From a virus (taxonomy: Duplodnaviria; Caudoviricetes): a stretch of 24,071 nucleotides of DNA. The stretch is from IMG/VR virus record IMGVR_UViG_3300027533_000089, positions 1-24,071 of that record. The stretch is one strand, 5' to 3'. Shown here piece by piece: positions 1 through 7,600 of the stretch (position 1 is its first letter; every line of letters starts with the position of its first letter). The notes beneath the pieces were generated by a model. That model was not told the origin of the DNA, searched no databases, and saw nothing but the letters and a program-made list of their open reading frames with translations. Position numbers and translations under genes: made by a program.

Positions 1-1
1 G

Positions 2-217
2 CTCTGGAACGGCTACGGCACAGGGATGGATAGCCCTCTCATGAAGAACACTGTTTGGGGTCTGTATAACAGTGTGGTGGAATGGGAAGATTATCGCCCT
101 ACGCCAAAATGGGCAGAAGAAAGCCGAAGCTACAATACGCTCTTCGGTGATCGTGCTCAAAACAAGGAGCTGGCTTACGCCGAGCTTCTTCAGTTTTCAG
201 TAGAGAACGTTTCGTAA
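2..217 (+). CDS. DUF932-like phage/plasmid protein, C-terminal fragment (5' truncated by window)
   Basis: Frame open from base 2: LWNGYGTGMDSPLMKNTVWGLYNSVVEWEDY...NTLFGDRAQNKELAY. This resembles the C-terminal 'T.WG..NAVTE..D....S..FG.....K..A' signature of DUF932 proteins. Confidence 0.7.
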   Translation, partial: LWNGYGTGMDSPLMKNTVWGLYNSVVEWEDYRPTPKWAEESRSYNTLFGDRAQNKELAYAELLQFSVENVS

Positions 218-220
218 GTT

Positions 221-260
221 CAGAAGGGTGGGCTTTGCTTCGGCAGAGCCTACTCTTCTG
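221..260 (+). other. 18-bp RNA hairpin with cUUCGg tetraloop (no U-tract)
   Basis: CAGAAGGGTGGGCTTTGC-TTCG-GCAGAGCCTACTCTTCTG. It pairs fully using 3 G-U pairs, which points to a + strand RNA structure. Confidence 0.8.
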
Positions 261-302
261 CACCATACGGATGCAGCAAAACAATCCCAGAAAGGAATTA
301 CA

Positions 303-536
303 ATGAATCGCAAAAGTCGAGGCGCACCCATCAAGCATAAATATGTAGTCGCTTGGGGGAAGTATGTAGATAGTATGGATTATTATATCAAGGATCAGCT
401 TGCGCTGGCCGAGATAGACAATGCTCCGGAGAATGCGCTTTTCAAGCGTGCCTCTGGGGAATGGGCTACACTAGATAGCATTGAAGATCCCAACCTTGCT
501 GCCGCACTTACTGACTACGTAAAATATCTTCCCTAG
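303..536 (+). CDS. Hypothetical protein (77 aa)
   Basis: SD AAAGGA then ATG at 303 (MNRKSRGAP...). The longer 228 start lies inside the hairpin and has no RBS. Confidence 0.75.
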   Translation: MNRKSRGAPIKHKYVVAWGKYVDSMDYYIKDQLALAEIDNAPENALFKRASGEWATLDSIEDPNLAAALTDYVKYLP

Positions 537-542
537 TAAATT

Positions 543-723
543 CAGACTGTTGTACCCTATAATATAGGCAAGTAAGGCAACCCAACCCCCGTATAGGGTT
601 GGTTTGCCCCCTGTAAGGGGTTTATACAGGGTTTATAGCGGGGTTGCCCCCCGTTGTGCTATAAACCTACCCAACCCCCGCTATGGGCAACGTTGCCCCC
701 TGTTTATAGGGTACAATAGTCTG
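543..723. repeat. Non-coding palindromic/repeat element (candidate origin, packaging site or structured RNA)
   Basis: 20-bp terminal inverted repeat 543-562/704-723 (1 mismatch). Internal stems 576-608, 609-631, 630-667. Palindrome GGGCAACGTTGCCC at 685-698. 35-bp direct repeat 580-614/669-703. No GA or TC between 546 and 720. Confidence 0.8.
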
Positions 724-776
724 CATTATACTGGATGCAGACCAAATTCTTTCCAGAAAGAAAGGTAGCCTATGAT

Positions 777-1685
777 ATGAAACTTATCAAGGATGATTGG
801 ATGCCCATGTTCGAGATGGCTTACCAGCTCGAGAAGCAGCTCAGTAGAGATTACTGGGCTGGAATCAACAAGCATGAGCAAGGGATGCACGCAGATTATA
901 GAGCATCGCAAGTGCTGATGGCAGTATCAGAAACTATTGTGCTGCCGTCATCAATCATGATGGATCTAGTTCATAATATAGATCGCATCGACACTCGCGG
1001 AAGCTTCTTGCTGCCGTATCCTTACCTTCTCATTCAATTCACAACACCAATCCGCGAGGAAGATATTATGGTGCATATTGAAAAGAATGAGCTCCAAGAA
1101 AAAAGTGGATTTCTAGAGGACAGAGTGCAGGGAATCTTAATGGCTAACGCCTTACAAGATGATAAGTACCCTCTGCCGAATCATGTGTTTAACATGATGA
1201 ATTGCTGTATCCTCTTCGAATCCACCAGCGTCAATCGTGTAGTCTGGCAAGGCACGGACAAACCCGCAGAACCGAAGTGGGACAAGTTCATGGCTGATCC
1301 AGCTGAGATGAGCAAAGAGTCGCTGGAAAATAAACAGCGGATGATAGCTCTATGCTATGCGATTAATCTGTTTCTCAATGCTCCTAATGTTATTATCCAG
1401 AAGGAGACGCCTGACCCCAAAGTGAACGAGAAGCGTGTTCGCAAGGGGAAGGCAAAGTTACCAGAGTATCACACTGTTACCATCCAAAAGTGGACGACAG
1501 TGTATGCTAAACCGAGCGGCAGGACAGGCACAGAACACGGAAGAATGTATCCTGTGCGTGGTCACTTCCGTAAGCTCCCACAGTTTGTAGATCCAATTTG
1601 GGTTCCCAATCACTTCAGGGGACTCAAGCACGGACCAGAGTCGATGCGGCCAGAAGTTTATAAGGTAGCATCACCGAAGCGGTAG
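777..1685 (+). CDS. Conserved phage hypothetical protein with C-terminal VRGHFR...WVPNHFRG motif
   Basis: Long ORF (735-1685). The start at 777 follows SD AGAAAGGT. A basic NEKRVRKGKAKLPEY segment precedes a H..VRGHxR..W...H.RG motif seen in many uncharacterised phage proteins. The start could alternatively be 735. Confidence 0.75.
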   Translation: MKLIKDDWMPMFEMAYQLEKQLSRDYWAGINKHEQGMHADYRASQVLMAVSETIVLPSSIMMDLVHNIDRIDTRGSFLLPYPYLLIQFTTPIREEDIMVHIEKNELQEKSGFLEDRVQGILMANALQDDKYPLPNHVFNMMNCCILFESTSVNRVVWQGTDKPAEPKWDKFMADPAEMSKESLENKQRMIALCYAINLFLNAPNVIIQKETPDPKVNEKRVRKGKAKLPEYHTVTIQKWTTVYAKPSGRTGTEHGRMYPVRGHFRKLPQFVDPIWVPNHFRGLKHGPESMRPEVYKVASPKR

Positions 1686-1688
1686 TCC

Positions 1689-1740
1689 AGGGGACAGGGA
1701 TCAGATTAACGCAACATTAAATTTGCCCTCCCTGTCCCCT
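1689..1740. repeat. 12-bp perfect inverted repeat overlapping a promoter
   Basis: AGGGGACAGGGA (1689-1700) / TCCCTGTCCCCT (1729-1740), with a 28-nt spacer. Confidence 0.8.
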
Positions 1741-1751
1741 TGTGTTATACT
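1723..1751 (+). promoter_or_regulatory. Sigma70-type promoter with extended -10
   Basis: TTGCCC (1723-1728), 17 bp spacer, TATACT (1746-1751), with TG at 1743-1744. It lies about 50 nt upstream of SD AAAGGA and ATG 1800. Confidence 0.7.
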
Positions 1752-1799
1752 TTAATCGTGCAGTAAACATCACCCACCGTTCCAAGAAAGGAACTAAAA

Positions 1800-2816
1800 A
1801 TGTCAGACATACTGTCCACCCTCACCGAGTCCGACTTGGCGAACCAGATTGTTGAGCTAATCAAGAATCGAGAAGCCAATGGGAATCACACAACTGTCTC
1901 TATTGCCGCCCGAAAGTTGAATGTCAAGGCTAAAGAGGTCAGTGACAACGTTCCCGCTGGATATAAATTGCTTCCATCTAGCAATGGGGATCATGGTGGT
2001 CAACGTTTCGCAGAGAAGACTGCTGCGGATGATGAGTTGGCTGAAGCCATTACCCTTCCTGCTAATAGTAATATCGAGGAAGTCGAAGTAGTTCAGCAAA
2101 TGAAGCCAAGAAAGGACAAGCGTGTAAAAGTGGAAACAGAAAAGGTAGTGAAGGAACCAACCTACCAGCTCGACGAGGAAGGCAATCAGGTTCTTGACGA
2201 GGCAGGGAATCCAATTCCTGTCGTCGAAGAGAGCGGCCCCACAGTCATTTGTGCGATTTGTGGAAACCCTGTTCGCAAGAGCAGCATCGTGCGACGTGGG
2301 ATTTGTCCTCTTTGCTTCCGTCAGCTCGCTAAGAACTTGAGCACTACAGCTCCTAAGCTAGAAGCACTTAGCGACGAGGAGTTTGAAATTGTGCTTGGGG
2401 ATGAGCTCGGTCGTCGTGAGGCTTTGAAGGATTACAAGACCTCACGCACTTTGACGGCAGAAGAGTTCAAGGAGCGTGAAGCTGACTTGGTTCCTGTGAA
2501 GGAAGTCTTTGCTGCCGGAAAAGAAGCTGGCTACGGGCCAGGACGTGTAGCTCAGGCGATGGGTGGAGATCGCTTCCGTCACGAACCTTTGGGTGGATTC
2601 GGTAGCGTGTGGACGCCCTACTTCTACGGGCCTCGTAGTGCTTGGTACTTCGACAAGTCCATTCTTGAATCCTTCAGCGAGCTGGCAAAGCCCGTTAAGG
2701 AAAAGAAAGTAAAGGCCGAAGGTGAGGGCAAGGCTACAGGTCGCACAGGTACTCGTGGAGCCAAGATGACACCTGTCGTCGAAGCTGAAGAGTCAACCAC
2801 AGAAGCCGCAGAGTAA
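1800..2816 (+). CDS. Zn-finger (DUF6011-like CxxC...CxxC) probable nucleic-acid-binding protein, 338 aa
   Basis: CAICGNPVRKSSIVRRGICPLC. Possible HTH-like segments at the N-terminus (TTVSIAARKLNVKAKEV) and near the C-terminus (VKEVFAAGKEAGYGPGRVAQAM). Good SD, own promoter and terminator. Confidence 0.7.
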   Translation: MSDILSTLTESDLANQIVELIKNREANGNHTTVSIAARKLNVKAKEVSDNVPAGYKLLPSSNGDHGGQRFAEKTAADDELAEAITLPANSNIEEVEVVQQMKPRKDKRVKVETEKVVKEPTYQLDEEGNQVLDEAGNPIPVVEESGPTVICAICGNPVRKSSIVRRGICPLCFRQLAKNLSTTAPKLEALSDEEFEIVLGDELGRREALKDYKTSRTLTAEEFKEREADLVPVKEVFAAGKEAGYGPGRVAQAMGGDRFRHEPLGGFGSVWTPYFYGPRSAWYFDKSILESFSELAKPVKEKKVKAEGEGKATGRTGTRGAKMTPVVEAEESTTEAAE

Positions 2817-2828
2817 TCCAGCTAGAGG

Positions 2829-2866
2829 ATAATGGAGTCCCTAGAGCAATCTAGGGACTTTATTAT
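2829..2866 (+). terminator. Intrinsic terminator-like hairpin
   Basis: AGTCCCTAGA-GCAA-TCTAGGGACT followed by TTATTAT. GNRA loop, just after stop 2816. Confidence 0.7.
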
Positions 2867-2890
2867 ATCCGGAGAGGATTAGTCTAGGCG

Positions 2891-3199
2891 ATGTCACAGT
2901 GGAAGAAGATTACTCTTGCTGCCGCTGTCTTTCTAGCGGGATGGTGGATATGGAGTTACATTCATAGCCCACCGTATGAAGTTAAGTTGAATATCCCAGA
3001 AGGTTCTATGGTCGGTGTCTATATGCAAAGCACGCTGAATGACGGATCTAAGAAGACTAGATTACCTGATAACGTGAAGTGTATAAGACTAGATAATAGA
3101 ACTTACGGCGGACAATGGGTGAAGACCCGTGCGATGTACAAACTCTACTGCGAAGGACGAGAAGGTTTCGTTCTTATTTATCAAGTTACACTACCATAA
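2891..3199 (+). CDS. Small membrane-anchored hypothetical protein (102 aa)
   Basis: SD GGAGAGGA. N-terminal hydrophobic segment ITLAAAVFLAGWWIWSYI followed by a beta-rich domain with two Cys. Confidence 0.7.
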   Translation: MSQWKKITLAAAVFLAGWWIWSYIHSPPYEVKLNIPEGSMVGVYMQSTLNDGSKKTRLPDNVKCIRLDNRTYGGQWVKTRAMYKLYCEGREGFVLIYQVTLP

Positions 3200-3210
3200 G
3201 GAGAATTACA

Positions 3211-3435
3211 ATGGCTGCAAAGATTTATTACACCACTGACGAGCTCATTGAGGCTTTGGAACAACGTGCTGATGAAAGTAATGATTCTATCGGCAACACT
3301 CGTACGAAGATCGAAAGCAATGAGATGAAGGGTCAGGTTGCCGCTTTCAACGAAGCAATCCGCATGGTGAAAGCCCTTGCCAAAGGTTTGAAGGAAGGCG
3401 AAAATGGAGCAGCATCGGTGGAACGTGTGGCTTAG
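3211..3435 (+). CDS. Small helical hypothetical protein (74 aa)
   Basis: SD AAGGAG, ATG 3211 (MAAKIYYTTDELIEALEQ...), in frame with the listed 3115-3435 ORF. Confidence 0.75.
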   Translation: MAAKIYYTTDELIEALEQRADESNDSIGNTRTKIESNEMKGQVAAFNEAIRMVKALAKGLKEGENGAASVERVA

Positions 3436-3496
3436 TCTTCACTTCATAGCTTATCTGCTGTTGATGAGTATCGTAGTGATTAAGCTACTACAATAG
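3404..3496 (+). CDS. 30-aa single-TM peptide
   Basis: SD AAGGAAGG. Translates as MEQHRWNVWLSLHFIAYLLLMSIVVIKLLQ* and ends just before the terminator. Not in the ORF track. Confidence 0.5.
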   Translation: MEQHRWNVWLSLHFIAYLLLMSIVVIKLLQ

Positions 3497-3504
3497 AATA
3501 CAAG

Positions 3505-3540
3505 ATACCCTAGAGCTTCATTGCTCTAGGGTATTTTTTT
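3505..3540 (+). terminator. Intrinsic terminator at the convergence of the two transcription units (possibly bidirectional)
   Basis: ATACCCTAGAGC-TTCATT-GCTCTAGGGTAT followed by TTTTTT. Confidence 0.85.
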
Positions 3541-3547
3541 GTCCTGA

Positions 3548-3715
3548 TCAGAACGGCAGGGCAACCATCCCTGCTAGATTCAGAAGGTAGATCAGCAGAA
3601 TTACCACAATCACGGCGAGCGTGATCACTCGCCAGGGTGGGGGAAAAGAGCGAGATAGATATTCAACTCCTGCGATCAATACGACAGCTACAATGATGAA
3701 GATTAACCAGTTCAT
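3548..3715 (-). CDS. 55-aa two-TM membrane protein (Thivi_2564-like, possible holin)
   Basis: SD GAAAGGA. Translates as MNWLIFIIVAVVLIAGVEYLSRSFPPPWRVITLAVIVVILLIYLLNLAGMVALPF*. Last gene of the late operon. Not in the ORF track. Confidence 0.7.
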   Translation of the reverse strand: MNWLIFIIVAVVLIAGVEYLSRSFPPPWRVITLAVIVVILLIYLLNLAGMVALPF

Positions 3716-3740
3716 CAGGTTCCTTTCTCATCTCATCAAC

Positions 3741-3998
3741 TCAATCGTTTTCGCGTTTGATCTTCCCAGGAGGAACATCAACTGTTGCGGCAGAAGCAGG
3801 TGGAATTTCTTTATCCATACGGAAGAAGCCATTCTGCCCAATCTGCCAACCTTCCTCACCTTCGGGGATTTCATGTTGTTCTCGCAGGAACACCACGAAT
3901 TCATCTACTAACTTCTGTGCCGCTTGGAAGGCTTCGTATTTTGTGGCGAACAACTTCATTTCAGCCTTCGAGAAATTACGTTCTTCTACATTTGCCAT
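3741..3998 (-). CDS. Hypothetical protein downstream of fibre (85 aa)
   Basis: ORF with SD GAGGAG, tightly packed in the operon. Confidence 0.7.
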   Translation of the reverse strand: MANVEERNFSKAEMKLFATKYEAFQAAQKLVDEFVVFLREQHEIPEGEEGWQIGQNGFFRMDKEIPPASAATVDVPPGKIKREND

Positions 3999-4001
3999 GA
4001 T

Positions 4002-4406
4002 TTACTTCTCCTCAGTAGTTGTGGGAACGGGATTAGTCATAGAAACTGGACTGATTGTAGGAGCCGTCATAGGCTCAGAAGCAACAGGGGTATCAATACC
4101 TGTTAGAAGTAACCAATATTTCTGTACACGTCCTTCGATTTCGGCTTTTGCTGCCGGAGGATCAGCCGCCCACGCGTCGAATCCCAAATTCCAAGTGTTG
4201 TCGCTAACAATAGTAGAATGAAATCCATAGATTTGAGGTTGTCTAGTCACTTGCCCTAACTGTGTTCGGGTATTATCATCTAATACTTCTTGCTCTGTCC
4301 ATACATCATTATAATAGAGAGCTTGAGTAACTACAATACTATGAACTTGTGCCGCAAAATCTACTGAGTTGACAAAAGCACTTTTCTGGAGCGTATTTAT
4401 GCTCAT
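4002..4406 (-). CDS. Hypothetical fibre-associated protein (134 aa) with T/P/S-rich tail
   Basis: SD AGAGGA. Position after the fibre gene suggests a chaperone or accessory role (inference). Confidence 0.7.
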   Translation of the reverse strand: MSINTLQKSAFVNSVDFAAQVHSIVVTQALYYNDVWTEQEVLDDNTRTQLGQVTRQPQIYGFHSTIVSDNTWNLGFDAWAADPPAAKAEIEGRVQKYWLLLTGIDTPVASEPMTAPTISPVSMTNPVPTTTEEK

Positions 4407-4417
4407 ACTTTATCCTC

Positions 4418-4681
4418 TTAGTAATCCGTCCTATACTTGTCGAGTACCTGTTGATCCCAGCCGTTGTTCGCCGCCAACATCGCCGCTAGGTTATTGTAGG
4501 TTCCGATCATAATTTCCGTGTCTGACCCAAACTCCGGCCCCATCCCCGCCGCTCCTCCTCTGCTTTCAAAGATACCCGCAAATTCCTCAAAGCTCGTTGC
4601 GACCTGGGCAAACATTGTCACAATCGCCGTCCCCCGATTGTGCATAAACTCCGCTTCTGCCACCGTCATTGTTGGTTCCAT
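4418..4681 (-). CDS. Hypothetical fibre-associated protein (87 aa)
   Basis: SD AAGGAGG before ATG 4681 (MEPTMTVAEAEF...). The ORF-track start at 4852 overlaps the fibre gene and is unlikely. Confidence 0.75.
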   Translation of the reverse strand: MEPTMTVAEAEFMHNRGTAIVTMFAQVATSFEEFAGIFESRGGAAGMGPEFGSDTEIMIGTYNNLAAMLAANNGWDQQVLDKYRTDY

Positions 4682-4692
4682 GTCGTCCTCCT

Positions 4693-7600
4693 TTATACGT
4701 ACATTATCCATGCCATAATAGTGGTATTTGTTGCTGTGCCGCCTTGTCGTGCAACTGTCAAACCGCCACCTGACGCAGTAAATAGGTAAGTCTCGCCAGC
4801 GATGCCCTGCGAAAACGAACCGTTTGGCCCGATGACGTTGTTTATCGGCCACGATACTGCGTTCGATGTGCCAAAGCCAACGAGGAACGCTCCCCTAGTA
4901 ATCGTTCCCCCCGCCAAAAGGGTTTGAGAGGCCACAACATTGATCTTGACGAGAAAAAGGACTTTACCCGCCTGTGCGTCAAACTGGAACGATGCTCCTG
5001 AAAAGAGGAAGGGCAACGCTGTGGATGTCGGGTCGTAAAATGCTCCCAGGCCAAGTCCGCTCGTGTTGACCGCAAAGTCTGCTCGATAGCTATTGTCCAC
5101 TGGGTACATAAGGCGGAAGTAGCCGTTATTGTAGGCTGACATCATTTGGAAAAACTTTTGATAACTGCTGGTGGCTGCAATCATGTGCAAATTGAACGTG
5201 CTGTTCGGGGAGAGGGGCAAACTGTTCATTTGGACACCTTTAACGTCCAAATTTGCCTGTGGCGTTGTCGTGGCAATACCAACTGCATACGGATTGATTG
5301 TCATAACATCCTGCGCCGATGTACCAGCGTACATCCGTATCTCGTCAAAGCCACCAGGGATATACCAGGCCATACGCGAAGGCACTGTCCCTGTTCGGCG
5401 CAGAACAAGAGCCGCTTGCCCCGCGCCTGTGTTAATGATCGACGCGCCGACCGCTAATGCGTTGTTGCCTTCAACGCTCAACCGATCATAAGGTTCGGTC
5501 ACGCCAGGAGTACCTGTGCCAATGCCGACCTTGCCGCCACCATAGGCAATAATCACGTTTCCTGACGAATAAAAATTGATACCGACTGGCCCACTTGCAC
5601 CACGATGACCATCCATGACCAGCCAATCGCTATTGCCCATGATGCTTGCTTCAGTGCTTACACGAGCTACCCGCAACTGTGTTTCATTGTTGCGTGCGCC
5701 TTGAATGACTGTAGCGCGATTTAGTTGAATCCCATCACTGTCAGCCGCATGGATCAGCCAAGTGGTGACGCCAGCCGTACTTGTATCTGCAACATCAAAT
5801 GCACTATGCACGAACAATTGCATCATGCGACGATCTTCGCGATTGGCACGTAGAATAATGATGCCATCAAACTTATCTGGTAAATCTCCCGATCCAGCTT
5901 GTAGAGCTAAGGTCACATCATTCGCTACATCTTTTCCCGTTGTCTGAATAAACGCCAGCGGCAGAGCAGTATCACGGGTATCTAGATCAGTGAACCAATC
6001 AATACGATTCATTTTATTGAACGGAGAACCTGATGCCGGAGTAGCTTCTAGCGATATACCCAATGAAGGTTCAATGGATAACGTGACGTTGCTTCCGCTC
6101 GTCATCCTGATCGCTGTGTTATACAACTCTGTTCCTGTGGACGTAATCACGATGCCCGACAAGCCCGTTGATGGCCCTAGCGTCAGATCATTGGCAGCGG
6201 CGAAACCATATTTAGTTCCGCTAACTCCAGCAAAGCTAGAAAGATTACCCATCGCTGTTACGGGACGAAGATTGTTCCAGGTCTGCGAAGAGATAGTGCC
6301 AGCCGTAGGATCAGCTTTGCGTGCATAAACTGTGACGGTAGGCCCAATATGACCCAAAACGGTATCTACACTAGCTATATCTACGTAGCCATTGCTCTCT
6401 ATTCTTCCCAAACTAAAGACCGCATCTCCTGCTTGCCAATCCTTTTCTCCGAGAGCATTATGATTGCGGGTCACTGTATAGCGGAAGCCAACTGTCAATG
6501 TAGTTGGTGTCACAGAAGTGACCCGAATGACTTCCGTCTGGGCTGTAGAGGAAGCTCCTGATACTGTTTCCAGGATCAAGTAAGTATATTGAGCGAAGGA
6601 GTTGTGCTTGAGATCAATAGTTGTTGCGCCAATGAGGAAGGGTGCAAGCAAAACAGATGTTGGTCCTACTCTGACATTACCACCTACTGTCGCCATGACA
6701 TCGGCAGAAACTATATTTCCGACAATCATTTCCGCAGCATAGAAGCTACGCCATTTACGATTGTAGTCACCCAAATCAACTACACTACTCCCTCTCGGCA
6801 GCACATCAGGATCAGTCCCCATCGGAGAAAGGATAATATCTCCACCAGGAGCAAGATTAAGATTGAAGACGCCTGTGGTCGTAATCGCAGCATCAATCAT
6901 GAAATTCAGATTGGCATTGACCTGTGGAGTTGAATTGAATTGGACGATACCAGTGGCATTGAAGGTAGCATTGGCGAGGAAGGTTGCGGCCCCACCGAAG
7001 GCAACCGTATTTCCCCAAGTATGTGCGCCCGTCCAGTCAAAAGCAAAAGCACGATTGACAATAACTGCACTTGCGGAAACGGTCAAACTGCCATCTCCAG
7101 CGACGACATCTAGCGTAACATTGTTATTGAGCGTACCTCCGCCAGAAAGCCCATCACCTGCTATGACGCTGCGATTTATTAGAATATTACTGATAACATA
7201 AGCATCATCAAGCTTTACTAGGTCTGCCGTAACGATCAGTCCTGTGCCGCCCTTAAAATCAATCGTAATATTATTGTTGAGGGTTCCAGTCCCCAATAGT
7301 CCATCACCTGCGATAATGCTACGACCAGCTAAAGTATTGCTCAGCACATAGGCATTATCCAGAGCTAGAAGAACTGTAGCATTGAGGAAACCTCCTCCAG
7401 TCAAACCTGCTCCTGGAGATATTTGCCGTTGCCCCATGACAGTAGACAGCACATAGCTATCATTCAAGATGATGCTATCTGCTCCCACCGTAAGACTGGT
7501 ATTGCCAGCGATCACATCGAATGTGAAGTTAGGAGCAGTCCCCGATCGGGTCATACCTGTTCCAGCGACATAACTGCTAAGGATAGGCAGGATACCAGGA

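Noticed and set aside
543-723. CRISPR mini-array, tRNA or MITE interpretation of the repeat element
   Set aside because: There is no regular repeat-spacer periodicity and no T-loop/anticodon/CCA pattern. No clear target-site duplication or transposase is present, and there is only one copy in the window.
551-735. Sigma70 promoters at TATAAT (558), TATAAA (660) and TATACT (727)
   Set aside because: None has a convincing -35 at proper spacing, and the TATA motifs are part of the repeat structure. They are left uncalled, though not excluded.
219-1791. True integron attC sites
   Set aside because: The RYYYAAC/GTTRRRY cores are absent at the hairpin ends, and no integrase is in the window.
1-3600. 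Apparent abundance of CTAG
   Set aside because: A rough count (about 16 in 3.6 kb) is near random expectation, so CTAG is merely not depleted.
4693-5100. DGR variable region at the fibre C-terminus
   Set aside because: No template repeat or reverse transcriptase is visible in the window, and no recognisable C-type lectin terminus is present. A distant DGR cannot be excluded.
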